64,000 nt of DNA, from positions 77,272-141,271 of the forward strand of contig CANGWH010000001.1 in the NCBI GenBank assembly GCA_947457565.1. The letters run 5' to 3'. Under the pieces are notes generated by a model. The model was given only the letters and a program-made list of their open reading frames with translations. It was not told where the DNA came from and made no database searches. Both the position numbers and the translations under genes were made by a program. Source of the DNA: Flavobacteriales bacterium (GTDB lineage: Bacteria > Bacteroidota > Bacteroidia > NS11-12g > UBA955). Positions within the stretch are counted from its first letter, which is position 1, and the number at the start of each line of letters is the position of its first letter. This document shows positions 26,476-35,188 of this stretch, piece by piece.

Positions 26476-27432
26476 TTATAAATATCTAGAAATACAATTA
26501 TTAATGTTTACTTCAATTTCATTATCAACATCGTGGTAGGATCGTCTTTGCAGATCTTTACCTGCCATTGCTTTATAAAGTTCTTCATATCGATCCGTAA
26601 TACTGGTAATGAATTCATCGGTAAGCGTGGGAATTAATTCTCCTTCTTTGCCTTGAAATCCATTGGCCATTAACCATTCTCTTACAAACTCTTTGCTTAA
26701 CTGACGTTGCGGAAGGCCTTTATGTTGCAAATCCTGATACGAATCTTTATAAAAAAACCTACTGCTATCAGGAGTATGAATTTCATCGATGAGCATAATT
26801 GCATTGTCCTTGATTCCAAATTCGTATTTGGTATCAACTAAAATTAGATTCTGTTGATTGGCATAATCAGTGCCTCGTTGGAATAACTGCAATGCTATTT
26901 CATTTAATTCGTCTAATCTCGATTTTTCTACGATTCCTTGTTCGATAATTTCTGAATAAGAAATGTCTACATCATGACCAGTATGGGCTTTAGTAGAGGG
27001 CGTGATAATAGGTTTAGGTAATTTATCGTTTTCTTTTAAACCATCGGGAAGCTTATTCCCACATAATTCTCTACCACCCTCTTTATACACTCTCCAAGCA
27101 TGTCCTGTTAAATAGTTTCGAACAACAAATTCGATGGCAATTGCCTCTGCCTTATAACCAAAAGAAACGTGAGGGTCTGGTGTTTCGATTAGCCAATTAG
27201 GAACAATATCTGCAGTTTGCTTAAGAAATAGTGCCGCTATTTCATTAAGAACCTGACCTTTGTAGGGTATACTCCTTGGCAAAACATGATCAAACGCCGA
27301 AATTCTATCACACGCCACTACGGCCAAATACCCCTTATTTAAATGGTAAACATCTCGAACCTTACCTCTATAAAATGCAATTTGATTTCGGAAGAAATAG
27401 TTGGTAGCCGTTAATGCCTGTAAGTCACTCAT
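26476..27432 (-). CDS. purC: Phosphoribosylaminoimidazole-succinocarboxamide synthase
   Basis: YRGKVRDVY, DRISAFD, LVDTKYEFG and DEIHTPDSSRF motifs. The ORF-track TTG 27441 was trimmed to ATG 27432. Confidence 0.9.
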   Translation of the reverse strand: MSDLQALTATNYFFRNQIAFYRGKVRDVYHLNKGYLAVVACDRISAFDHVLPRSIPYKGQVLNEIAALFLKQTADIVPNWLIETPDPHVSFGYKAEAIAIEFVVRNYLTGHAWRVYKEGGRELCGNKLPDGLKENDKLPKPIITPSTKAHTGHDVDISYSEIIEQGIVEKSRLDELNEIALQLFQRGTDYANQQNLILVDTKYEFGIKDNAIMLIDEIHTPDSSRFFYKDSYQDLQHKGLPQRQLSKEFVREWLMANGFQGKEGELIPTLTDEFITSITDRYEELYKAMAGKDLQRRSYHDVDNEIEVNINNCISRYL

Positions 27433-27466
27433 ACTATTCAAATGTACAATTTAGTTAATGGTTAAA

Positions 27467-28441
27467 TTATCTATCTTTTTCACAATCAGAGTCTTTATCG
27501 TATGCCTGTATAATTTCTTTGACTAATCGATGTCTTACAACATCATCCGTATCCAGTTGAATAATACTAATTCCTTTTATATTGTCCAGTATTCTTAAGG
27601 CTTTACCTAAACCACTCATTTGTTTTCTTGGCAAATCAACTTGGGTTAAATCACCGGTGATAATAAGCTTAGCATTGGGTCCCATTCTCGTTAAAAACAT
27701 TTTCAATTGTAAATCGGTGCTATTTTGAGCTTCGTCTAATATCACATAACAATTATCCAATGTTCTACCGCGCATAAAGGCTAATGGAGCAATTTCTACG
27801 GTTCGAGATTCTACCATACTTTTTAATTTGTCGGATGGAATCATATCTTCAAGAGCATCGTACAACGGCCTTAGGTATGGATCGATTTTCTCTTTTAAAT
27901 CGCCGGGCAAAAATCCCAAATTCTCGCCGGCTTCTACAGCGGGCCTAGTTAAAATGATTCTCCGAATTTCTCTTTCTTTAAGCGCAAGAACGGCAATTGC
28001 TACCGCGGTGTAAGTTTTCCCTGTACCTGCTGGGCCGATGGCGAAAACTACATCGTTTTTTTTCGCAGCTTCCAGCATTTTACGCTGGTTCTTAGTTCTG
28101 GCTTTAATTTTCTGTCCGCGAGTACCGATTAATAGTACATCTTTGGTATCGTCCTCCCCTGGTTTACCAGAAACCGCTGTAGGAGCTTCAATACCGCCTA
28201 AAGCTTCCAAAATCAAATGCTCATTGAACTCGTTTCGTTTAGCGAACAAAATCTCCATGGAACGCATTTTCTCCCCGAAATCTTCTAACGATTGAATATC
28301 ACCTACAATTTTAATTTGCTCACCTCTGGCAAGAAATTGCAACTTAGGAAATCTAGATTTTATCAAATCCAAATACAAATTATTGGGACCATAAAACGTT
28401 TGAGGATCAATCACCTCCAAGGTATAAATTTTTTCAGACAA
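27467..28441 (-). CDS. phoH: PhoH family ATPase
   Basis: Walker A GPAGTGKTY, RIILTRPAVEAGE.LGFLPGD, and ILDEAQN Walker B. Apparent TTG start. Confidence 0.9.
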   Translation of the reverse strand: MSEKIYTLEVIDPQTFYGPNNLYLDLIKSRFPKLQFLARGEQIKIVGDIQSLEDFGEKMRSMEILFAKRNEFNEHLILEALGGIEAPTAVSGKPGEDDTKDVLLIGTRGQKIKARTKNQRKMLEAAKKNDVVFAIGPAGTGKTYTAVAIAVLALKEREIRRIILTRPAVEAGENLGFLPGDLKEKIDPYLRPLYDALEDMIPSDKLKSMVESRTVEIAPLAFMRGRTLDNCYVILDEAQNSTDLQLKMFLTRMGPNAKLIITGDLTQVDLPRKQMSGLGKALRILDNIKGISIIQLDTDDVVRHRLVKEIIQAYDKDSDCEKDR

Positions 28442-28541
28442 CGGTTAGGTATTTTAAATTCAAATATACGGGCAATGCGAGAATGTGTAGAAGAATCTAG
28501 CCAACCCGTTTTACAAGACTTTTCCACCGGGAATTAATAGG

Positions 28542-28549
28542 TATATTTG
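28542..28549 (+). promoter_or_regulatory. -7 promoter box TATATTTG upstream of 28580
   Basis: Exact TAnnTTTG match, 30 nt upstream of ATG 28580, in the divergent phoH region. Confidence 0.4.
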
Positions 28550-28579
28550 CAAGCATAACTGAACAAACTGGGGAACTGC

Positions 28580-29374
28580 ATGAGCAATGCGATTATACAT
28601 TTAATCACAGATTTTGGATTTGAGGCCCCAGAACACACAATTGCGCAGGTGCAATTATATAGAAACTTTCCGGGGGCTTCCATTGTATTTAGCCCGCAAT
28701 CATTTCGAAAGGGACACGCGTTGCAACAGGCCATCTTTGGCAAGTTAGTATGCGGACATTTTCCCGATAACAGTATACATATACTTAGGGTAGGTACTTT
28801 AGCTAAATTACCGCCCCGATTTGTATTAGGACATTTTGGAAATCAGTTTTTTCTTGCCCCTGATAACGGTGTTTTACCTTTGTTGTTTGATGACCCACAC
28901 GGCGAAAATGCTAGTTATTATCAAATCACGCCTATAGACCCAGTGGTTAATCCTTTACTGCAAGTATTTATTCCTGCAGTGACTAATTTACTGAGTTACG
29001 GATACAACGTAGTGGATAGATTGCAAAAGAAAGAGCAAGTATACCGAGTAACGATGCCTGAACCTACGATTTCGGGTAGTATTTTAAGACTAACGGTTAT
29101 TTATAACGATTTTTTTGGAAATGCTTATTTCAATCTTAATTACCGAGATTTTGAATTATTAAGAAATCAACGGAAATTTCGATTGATGATAAATCATTAT
29201 ACAGAAATAAATAAACTAAGTTTGGATTATAATGACGTGCCTGAAGGACATCCTATTTGCACCTTTGGGCATGGCGGGTTGCTTCAAGTGGCAGTAAATG
29301 CAGGTTCCTCCGCGCAGTTATTGGAGTTACTGGAGGGGAAAAATGTTATGTTAGAATTTATTGATAATCTATGA
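28580..29374 (+). CDS. SAM hydroxide adenosyltransferase family protein (DUF62, SAM hydrolase/halogenase-like)
   Basis: N-terminal HLITDFG and central LAPDNGVL match the family hallmarks TDFG and GPDNGLL. 264 aa. Confidence 0.7.
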   Translation: MSNAIIHLITDFGFEAPEHTIAQVQLYRNFPGASIVFSPQSFRKGHALQQAIFGKLVCGHFPDNSIHILRVGTLAKLPPRFVLGHFGNQFFLAPDNGVLPLLFDDPHGENASYYQITPIDPVVNPLLQVFIPAVTNLLSYGYNVVDRLQKKEQVYRVTMPEPTISGSILRLTVIYNDFFGNAYFNLNYRDFELLRNQRKFRLMINHYTEINKLSLDYNDVPEGHPICTFGHGGLLQVAVNAGSSAQLLELLEGKNVMLEFIDNL

Positions 29375-29667
29375 TAGAACGAATTGTAATAATGTCGTTT
29401 ACATTAGAACATGTAGCCGAATTTCTTCAAATATTTGATGAATCTGCAGAAAAAATCAGAGCTTTCCCAGGAAACAAAGGACTCCGATTGTTGGAAAATA
29501 CGCAACTACCTAATCAACTTTCAACCTACAGTTATTGGGAATCCGAGGATGATTTAAATCGCTACAGAAACTCCCCATTATTTAAGTCTACCTGGGAGAA
29601 AACAAAACCCTTATTTGAATCTAAACCTATTGCTATATCAAATTCAGTAATTCGTGGACCATTTTAA
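29371..29667 (+). CDS. Antibiotic-biosynthesis-monooxygenase (ABM/Dabb) domain protein
   Basis: 98 aa. The pattern IVIMSF...FLQIFDES...IRAFPGN.GLRLLEN......STYSYWESEDDLNRYRNSPLF is typical of the ferredoxin-like ABM fold. ATGA overlap with the upstream gene. Confidence 0.6.
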   Translation: MIERIVIMSFTLEHVAEFLQIFDESAEKIRAFPGNKGLRLLENTQLPNQLSTYSYWESEDDLNRYRNSPLFKSTWEKTKPLFESKPIAISNSVIRGPF

Positions 29668-29682
29668 CAGTTTCCTTTCTAA

Positions 29683-31074
29683 TTAAAATGAATCATCTAC
29701 CCATTTACCGGGGTTCAGAATGCCATTGGGATCAAAAACATCTTTAATCCCTTTCATTAATCTTCGATGTTCCAGACTAAACACTTCATCCAAGTACTGT
29801 TTTTGACTGTAACCAATTCCATGTTCCCCACTTATTGTACCGCCTAATGATTTACACGCTTGAAAAATTTTACGAATGGCTTTGGGAATTTCGTTATTCC
29901 AATATTCATCGGATAAATCATTCTTTAAAATATTTACATGTAAATTTCCATCCCCTGCATGGCCATAGCAAACCGATTGAAATCCATACTCATTGCCAAT
30001 TTCCTTCACCTTGGTTAGCAGTTGTGGCAATGAAAAACGAGGCACAACGGTATCTTCTTCTTTATAAATAGAGTGCTGTTTAACGGTTTCTCCGATAGCT
30101 CTTCGGACTTTCCACCATTGCTGTGCTACATCCGAATTTGGTGACGGCAAAATATCGATAGCCCCTGATTCTTCTAAAATTGGATACATCATTTCCGCTT
30201 GTAGAAATAAATCATCGCCATCAAACCCATCAAAGGCAAAAAGTAAATACGCTTGTGCGTTATCAATTACTGGAAAACTTGTTTGTGTGGCTTCCATGGA
30301 AATTAGAATTCCCGATACTTCCATAAATTCAATAGCAGCGGGTTTTACGGAAGATGCCATGATCTTGTTTACTGCGATAGCACAATCATAATTATTCTCA
30401 AATGCCGCCAACAACAATAATTCTTGGGTAGGTAATGGCACAAGTTTAACAACTATTTTAGTAATAATCCCGAGTAATCCTTCGCTACCAATAAACAACT
30501 GGGTAAGATTAAAGCCAGTGGAATTTTTAAGCGTATTAGCACCCGTCCAAATAATTTCTCCGCTAGACAAAACTACTTCCAAATTCAAAATATAATCTCG
30601 GGTGATTCCGTATTTAACGGCTTTAGGACCTCCTGCCGAATGTGCAACGTTACCACCGATGGTAGAGCTACCCATACTGGCGGGATCAGGCGGGTAGTAT
30701 AAGCCTAATTCACTCACTGCTTTTTTTAACTCTGCATTAATAACGCCAGGCTCTACAGTAGCCGTAAGATTGTTGTAATCAATATTAATAATATGGTTTA
30801 ACCTTTCCGTTGAAATCACCAATCCTCCCAATACGGGCAGCGCAGCACCGGACAATCCAGTTCCTGCTCCACGTGTAGTTACATGGATTTGATGTAGATT
30901 ACAATATTTTAAAACCGCGGCTATTTCATCCACATCGTTTGGGATTAAGACCGCATGCGGTGGAAATACAAAATCCTCTGTGTAATCCGAGGCATACCTG
31001 TCCAATGCTTCTATATCATTAACCCATTGATACAATGGAAATTCATTCATTAAATCCTTAATTTTTTCAACCAT
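29683..31074 (-). CDS. FAD-linked oxidase (GlcD / D-lactate dehydrogenase-like)
   Basis: FAD-binding PCMH domain motifs TTRGAGTGLSGAA and STIGGNVAHSAGG, plus C-terminal GEHGIG and DPNGILNPGK. The ORF-track TTG 31101 was trimmed to ATG 31074. Confidence 0.85.
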   Translation of the reverse strand: MVEKIKDLMNEFPLYQWVNDIEALDRYASDYTEDFVFPPHAVLIPNDVDEIAAVLKYCNLHQIHVTTRGAGTGLSGAALPVLGGLVISTERLNHIINIDYNNLTATVEPGVINAELKKAVSELGLYYPPDPASMGSSTIGGNVAHSAGGPKAVKYGITRDYILNLEVVLSSGEIIWTGANTLKNSTGFNLTQLFIGSEGLLGIITKIVVKLVPLPTQELLLLAAFENNYDCAIAVNKIMASSVKPAAIEFMEVSGILISMEATQTSFPVIDNAQAYLLFAFDGFDGDDLFLQAEMMYPILEESGAIDILPSPNSDVAQQWWKVRRAIGETVKQHSIYKEEDTVVPRFSLPQLLTKVKEIGNEYGFQSVCYGHAGDGNLHVNILKNDLSDEYWNNEIPKAIRKIFQACKSLGGTISGEHGIGYSQKQYLDEVFSLEHRRLMKGIKDVFDPNGILNPGKWVDDSF

Positions 31075-31149
31075 GAAAGCTATTTTGTAACTATTTTGCA
31101 ATTTATCTAATCAGAGTCATAATTCACCTATTTCACCATTCGCATTGTT

Positions 31150-31157
31150 TATCTTTG
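31150..31157 (+). promoter_or_regulatory. -7 promoter box TATCTTTG upstream of the sensor kinase gene
   Basis: Exact TAnnTTTG match. It lies inside the ORF-track N-terminal extension (TTG 31145), which argues for a downstream start. Confidence 0.4.
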
Positions 31158-31162
31158 AAATT

Positions 31163-32350
31163 GTGAGACAGCGATTTTTTTTGCGATTTTTATTGGTATT
31201 CACGGCCCTTTACATGATGTTGGCCTTAGCTTGGTGGACCTATTCCCTGTTGCAGTATAACAATCATTTTGAAAAAAGAGAAAAAAAATATGCTCAACAA
31301 GAATTTAGGATAAGCCAATTATGGCTAGATAGCCTTTTAAACGGTATAGATACCTCAAATGAAATTAATCATTTAGTTACAATAAAATGGAATGAAAAAT
31401 ACTTTACTATAAACGAAAAAAAACTATCAGAAATTTCCAATAAATTAAATAAAAATATATATATTGATTATAAAATTAAACAAGAACATAATGCCACTAA
31501 AATAAATATAATAATTAATAAAAAAATCGAGCACCAACTTCGAGATCGCAGACTAAGCAAAGAATTCGCATGGTTAGGTGAAGGAATTAGCATTGCTTTA
31601 ATTACCCTTGCAATCATACTTGCGCTGTACTTTTATCTTGATAAGATATTGAAATTCAATCAACAGCAACGAAATTTCTTACTTGCAATCACCCATGAAC
31701 TTAAGACACCTATAGCCTCCTCTTCTTTAGCCATACAAACTGCTAGTAAAATCAACGAAAACAATCCAAAAACTGTTGAAATCTTAGGTATTGCCAATAG
31801 AAACATGAAACGGCTAGGACAGCTAATAGAACAGGTAGTTTTGGCTACTAAATTAGAAGGTAGTTTTGTTAAACCTCATCTAGATTGGGTGAATCTCGCA
31901 AAAATATTTGAAAATATAGCCGTTGATTTTGGTGAAACATACCCAAAAAACTTAAAAAATTCATCATTTGATTATGAAAAAATATCACTTTATTGTGATA
32001 TGGAAATGATTCAAATCGCGATTGCAAATTTAATTTCAAATTCAATAAAATATAGTGAAGGAAACAACGTTAATATTTCCGTGAAGGTTCAACGCGATGG
32101 ATTGCAAACTAAAATTTCGGTTATCGATCAAGGAATCGGTATTCCCGAAAGTGAGCGCTCCAATGTGTTTAGAAAATTCTACCGAATTGGCGATGAAAAA
32201 ACCAGATCTACAAAAGGTTCAGGATTGGGCTTGTATTTGGTTAAGGAAATTGCCAGACTACACGAAGCAAAAGTTACAATTGAGAACAACCAACCCAGTG
32301 GAACTTGTGTTTCGTTAATTTTTAAGTCAAAAGATGTAATTATTGAATGA
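31163..32350 (+). CDS. Sensor histidine kinase (HisKA + HATPase_c)
   Basis: Two TM segments flank a very AT-rich, Lys/Asn/Ile-rich periplasmic segment. H-box ITHELKTPIAS, N-box NLISNSIKYS, and G-boxes DQGIGI and GSGLGL. The start is uncertain: GTG 31163 (5 nt after the -7 box) or ATG 31214. Confidence 0.8.
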   Translation: MRQRFFLRFLLVFTALYMMLALAWWTYSLLQYNNHFEKREKKYAQQEFRISQLWLDSLLNGIDTSNEINHLVTIKWNEKYFTINEKKLSEISNKLNKNIYIDYKIKQEHNATKINIIINKKIEHQLRDRRLSKEFAWLGEGISIALITLAIILALYFYLDKILKFNQQQRNFLLAITHELKTPIASSSLAIQTASKINENNPKTVEILGIANRNMKRLGQLIEQVVLATKLEGSFVKPHLDWVNLAKIFENIAVDFGETYPKNLKNSSFDYEKISLYCDMEMIQIAIANLISNSIKYSEGNNVNISVKVQRDGLQTKISVIDQGIGIPESERSNVFRKFYRIGDEKTRSTKGSGLGLYLVKEIARLHEAKVTIENNQPSGTCVSLIFKSKDVIIE

Positions 32351-33051
32351 AGAAAAACTACCGAATTTTAATTGTTGAGGACGAGGCCGACATTGCAGAA
32401 CTCTTAAAACTTAATTTAGAGTTAGAGGGTTATCGTATTACGATTGCTCCGCATGGCGCAGTGGCTATTAATCTTCTTAAAACGGAGAGTTTTGACTTAA
32501 TCATTATGGATATCATGATGCCATCTATGGATGGATTAACAGCTACACATCACATAAGACTGTCAAGCAACAACGTACCTATACTAATTTTATCAGCCGG
32601 TAGCACACCCCAAGACAGAATCAATGGATTGCGTTCGGGTGCCGATGACTACATGAGTAAGCCTTTTGAAATTGAAGAGTTGATTTTAAGGGTAGAAAAG
32701 ATATTAATGCGAGCCCATCGGGAGGATCCTGTAATAAATTACATGGAATACGAATTCGGAGGAAACTATGTTAATTTTAATAGTTATGAGGCTCGAGGTA
32801 TCAACGGTGATTTTAAACTTACTAAAAAGGAAGCCCAATTATTACGTTTGCTAATTGAGAAGAAAAACTTTGTAGTTAGTAGAGAAGAAATCTTAAAAAC
32901 GGTGTGGGGATATACGGTTTTTCCAAGTACTCGAACCATTGATAATTTTATTTTAGCGTTTCGTAAGTATTTCGAAAAAGATATTAAGAATCCCCGTTAT
33001 TTCTTAAGTCACCGCGGACTGGGCTACAAATTCTCTGAAAACGGCGAATAA
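32347..33051 (+). CDS. OmpR/PhoB-family response regulator
   Basis: Receiver domain (ILIVEDE ... DLIIMDIMMP ... SKPF) plus a winged-helix output domain (LTKKEAQLLRLL ... TIDNFILAFRKYF ... GLGYKF). ATGA overlap with the kinase gene. Confidence 0.9.
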   Translation: MKKNYRILIVEDEADIAELLKLNLELEGYRITIAPHGAVAINLLKTESFDLIIMDIMMPSMDGLTATHHIRLSSNNVPILILSAGSTPQDRINGLRSGADDYMSKPFEIEELILRVEKILMRAHREDPVINYMEYEFGGNYVNFNSYEARGINGDFKLTKKEAQLLRLLIEKKNFVVSREEILKTVWGYTVFPSTRTIDNFILAFRKYFEKDIKNPRYFLSHRGLGYKFSENGE

Positions 33052-34292
33052 GCGATAGAATTGGCTACTAAATTGGCTGTACTCCACGCGGCTTGAAAAT
33101 TAAAACCGCCAGTGATACCATCAACATCCAACAATTCACCGCAAGCATAAACTCCAGGGCAGTGTTTAAGCTCTAAGGTGTTTGTATTTAGTGATTGTTC
33201 ATCCACTCCACCGGCTGTAACAAATTCTTCCTTAAACGTTGTTTTCCCAGCAACCATGAAGGGCATTTTCACAATTAATTCAACGAGTTTATTTTTCTGA
33301 TTCTTGTTGAGTTCATTTATAGGTTGTTCTGTATTTTGGCCAGCGCGATTGAGAATAAAACACCATAATCGTTGAGGCAAATCAATAGGAAGATTAATAA
33401 TTTTCTTTTTTGAATGTTCAGTCAATAATTCATAAAAATATTCTCTAAATTGATTTTCTTCTTGTAGTACCCAGGAAACTAAAATATTAAATTGATAATT
33501 TCTTTCAAAAATCCATTGAGCTGCCCAAGCGGACGACTTTAATATTGCGGGTCCTGACAAACCCCAATGAGTTATTAAAATAGGGCCATCGAAAGCATTA
33601 TCATATCCAATCATTTTAACTGAACCCATTTCAACAGCTACGCCTGTAAGCGCTTGCAATTCTTTATCCTTGATATTAAAAGTAAATAAGGATGGGAACG
33701 GTTTTATAATTGAGATGGGCAATGAATTCAACCATTGATAGTGGGACCATGCAACATTTCCACCCGTAGCCAGAACGATAGCATTGGCTGTCATGGTTTC
33801 GGAATTTAAGTGCACCGTCCAACGATTATTTTTGGTGGGTGCTATTTCTTCAGAAGAATTTGATTGGATTGAAAGTACTTGGCAGCCTTTTATAACCGGA
33901 ATATTAAATTTTTCTGCTAATTGTTCGAACAAGCCAGCAATGGTTTCTGAATTATTCGAAACCGGAAACATTCTGCCATCTTCTTCTACTTTTAATTGAA
34001 CACCGTGCGATAAAAACCAAGCAATTACCGCTTCTACATTAAATTGATTCACTGCTTTTTTAATCAATTTCTTACCGCGGGGATAATGCTGTAAAAGCTG
34101 GCTATTTTTGAGACAATGGTGGGTAACATTGCATCGCCCACCCCCACTTATCCTTACTTTTGATAATATTTTTTGGGTTTTCTCTAAAATAACTACAGAC
34201 CTATTTGGATTTAACTCTTTTATACGGATAGCAGTAAAAAAACCAGCGGCACCTCCGCCAACGATTATAGTATCCCAGATTCCCTTGGCCAT
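33024..34292 (-). CDS. HI0933/BaiN-family NAD(P)/FAD-dependent flavoprotein
   Basis: IIVGGGAAGFF dinucleotide loop, SGGGRCNVTH, and C-terminal TAGGV ... GELLDVDGITGGFNFQAAW. Confidence 0.85.
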   Translation of the reverse strand: MAKGIWDTIIVGGGAAGFFTAIRIKELNPNRSVVILEKTQKILSKVRISGGGRCNVTHHCLKNSQLLQHYPRGKKLIKKAVNQFNVEAVIAWFLSHGVQLKVEEDGRMFPVSNNSETIAGLFEQLAEKFNIPVIKGCQVLSIQSNSSEEIAPTKNNRWTVHLNSETMTANAIVLATGGNVAWSHYQWLNSLPISIIKPFPSLFTFNIKDKELQALTGVAVEMGSVKMIGYDNAFDGPILITHWGLSGPAILKSSAWAAQWIFERNYQFNILVSWVLQEENQFREYFYELLTEHSKKKIINLPIDLPQRLWCFILNRAGQNTEQPINELNKNQKNKLVELIVKMPFMVAGKTTFKEEFVTAGGVDEQSLNTNTLELKHCPGVYACGELLDVDGITGGFNFQAAWSTANLVANSIAYSPFSENL

Positions 34293-34294
34293 TG

Positions 34295-35188
34295 CTAGGC
34301 TTTAAATAATTTATAATTTTTGTATTCGCCAATGCGCCAACCAAATTTCTTTTCAATCCAGTATAAGACAGCCGCTTTAACACCGAATTTCTTGAGTGTT
34401 GGATCTACTTTGAATGACCAATTCACGGAATTGACTCTAGCATTCATGGCATCGGGATGAGTTCCTTCAAAGGCAATCAAAGAATCAATTTGCGAATAAT
34501 CAAATTCTTCTTCGGCCAATTTTCTTTTTTCTAGGGCTTCATCACTGTGCCAAAGCCTATGAAACTGACGTTGCTTTTGTTGTTGAAATTTTGGATGTTT
34601 CACCCAACCGTAATGAAACACCGTTGCATCAATGGGAACCACTTGTAATTTCGACTGATTTTCCCAGCGAAAACCTTGAGCATCTTTCCAAGATTTTATA
34701 CCAGGACTATTTCTGATGATTCTAATTTCCTTGCGATACCATCTTCGAGAATCGCCCACAAAATCGTAACTACCATAGAAATGCAAATAGTTAAACAAGA
34801 ATCCTTCCACGGAGGACACATTTTTATACTTTTCCATGGCGTCCTTGATGGATGTATAATCGGCCTGATGCAAACATTCATCGGCCTGAATATAAATTAG
34901 CCACGTAGCTTGTGGCGATACTGCTGCTTTGGCTTTATTGGTTTCATCGGCGAGCACCTTTCCACCTTCACGTAAATTATCGTCCCAAACTGTATCTATA
35001 ATTTTTATGGTTGGCCAACCCGGCTGCAACTGGCTGTTTAAAGACTCAATATAATCGCGAGTACCGTCATCGCTATGGCCTACCGCCACAACAAACTCAT
35101 CTACCAGAGGCATAACTGAAAATATTGCCTCTTTGATTGGGTAATCTGCTTTAATTACGTTTCTCGCTATGGTAAAACCTGCGTTCAT
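34295..35188 (-). CDS. Glycosyltransferase family 2-like protein
   Basis: GFTIARNVIKADYPIKEAIFSVMPLVDEFVVAVGHSDDGT matches the N-terminal pattern of a widespread Bacteroidota GT2-like family. Start taken at ATG 35188 (ORF track 35218). Either start overlaps the dnaE 3' end. Confidence 0.65.
   Translation of the reverse strand: MNAGFTIARNVIKADYPIKEAIFSVMPLVDEFVVAVGHSDDGTRDYIESLNSQLQPGWPTIKIIDTVWDDNLREGGKVLADETNKAKAAVSPQATWLIYIQADECLHQADYTSIKDAMEKYKNVSSVEGFLFNYLHFYGSYDFVGDSRRWYRKEIRIIRNSPGIKSWKDAQGFRWENQSKLQVVPIDATVFHYGWVKHPKFQQQKQRQFHRLWHSDEALEKRKLAEEEFDYSQIDSLIAFEGTHPDAMNARVNSVNWSFKVDPTLKKFGVKAAVLYWIEKKFGWRIGEYKNYKLFKA

Noticed and set aside
28534-28743. Cys-rich 69-aa reverse-strand ORF (MPKMACCNACPFRNDCGL...) that looks like a small Cys-rich peptide
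   Set aside because: It overlaps the 5' part of the well-supported SAM hydroxide adenosyltransferase-family gene on the opposite strand and begins inside that gene. The Cys richness is explained by antisense reading of GCA/ACA-rich codons. There is no upstream promoter box.
31321-31530. Extremely AT-rich stretch (Asn/Lys/Ile-rich coding) inside the sensor kinase gene, considered as a possible foreign insertion or non-coding island
   Set aside because: The reading frame stays open and the stretch is flanked by the two TM segments. It is therefore simply a low-complexity periplasmic loop of the kinase.
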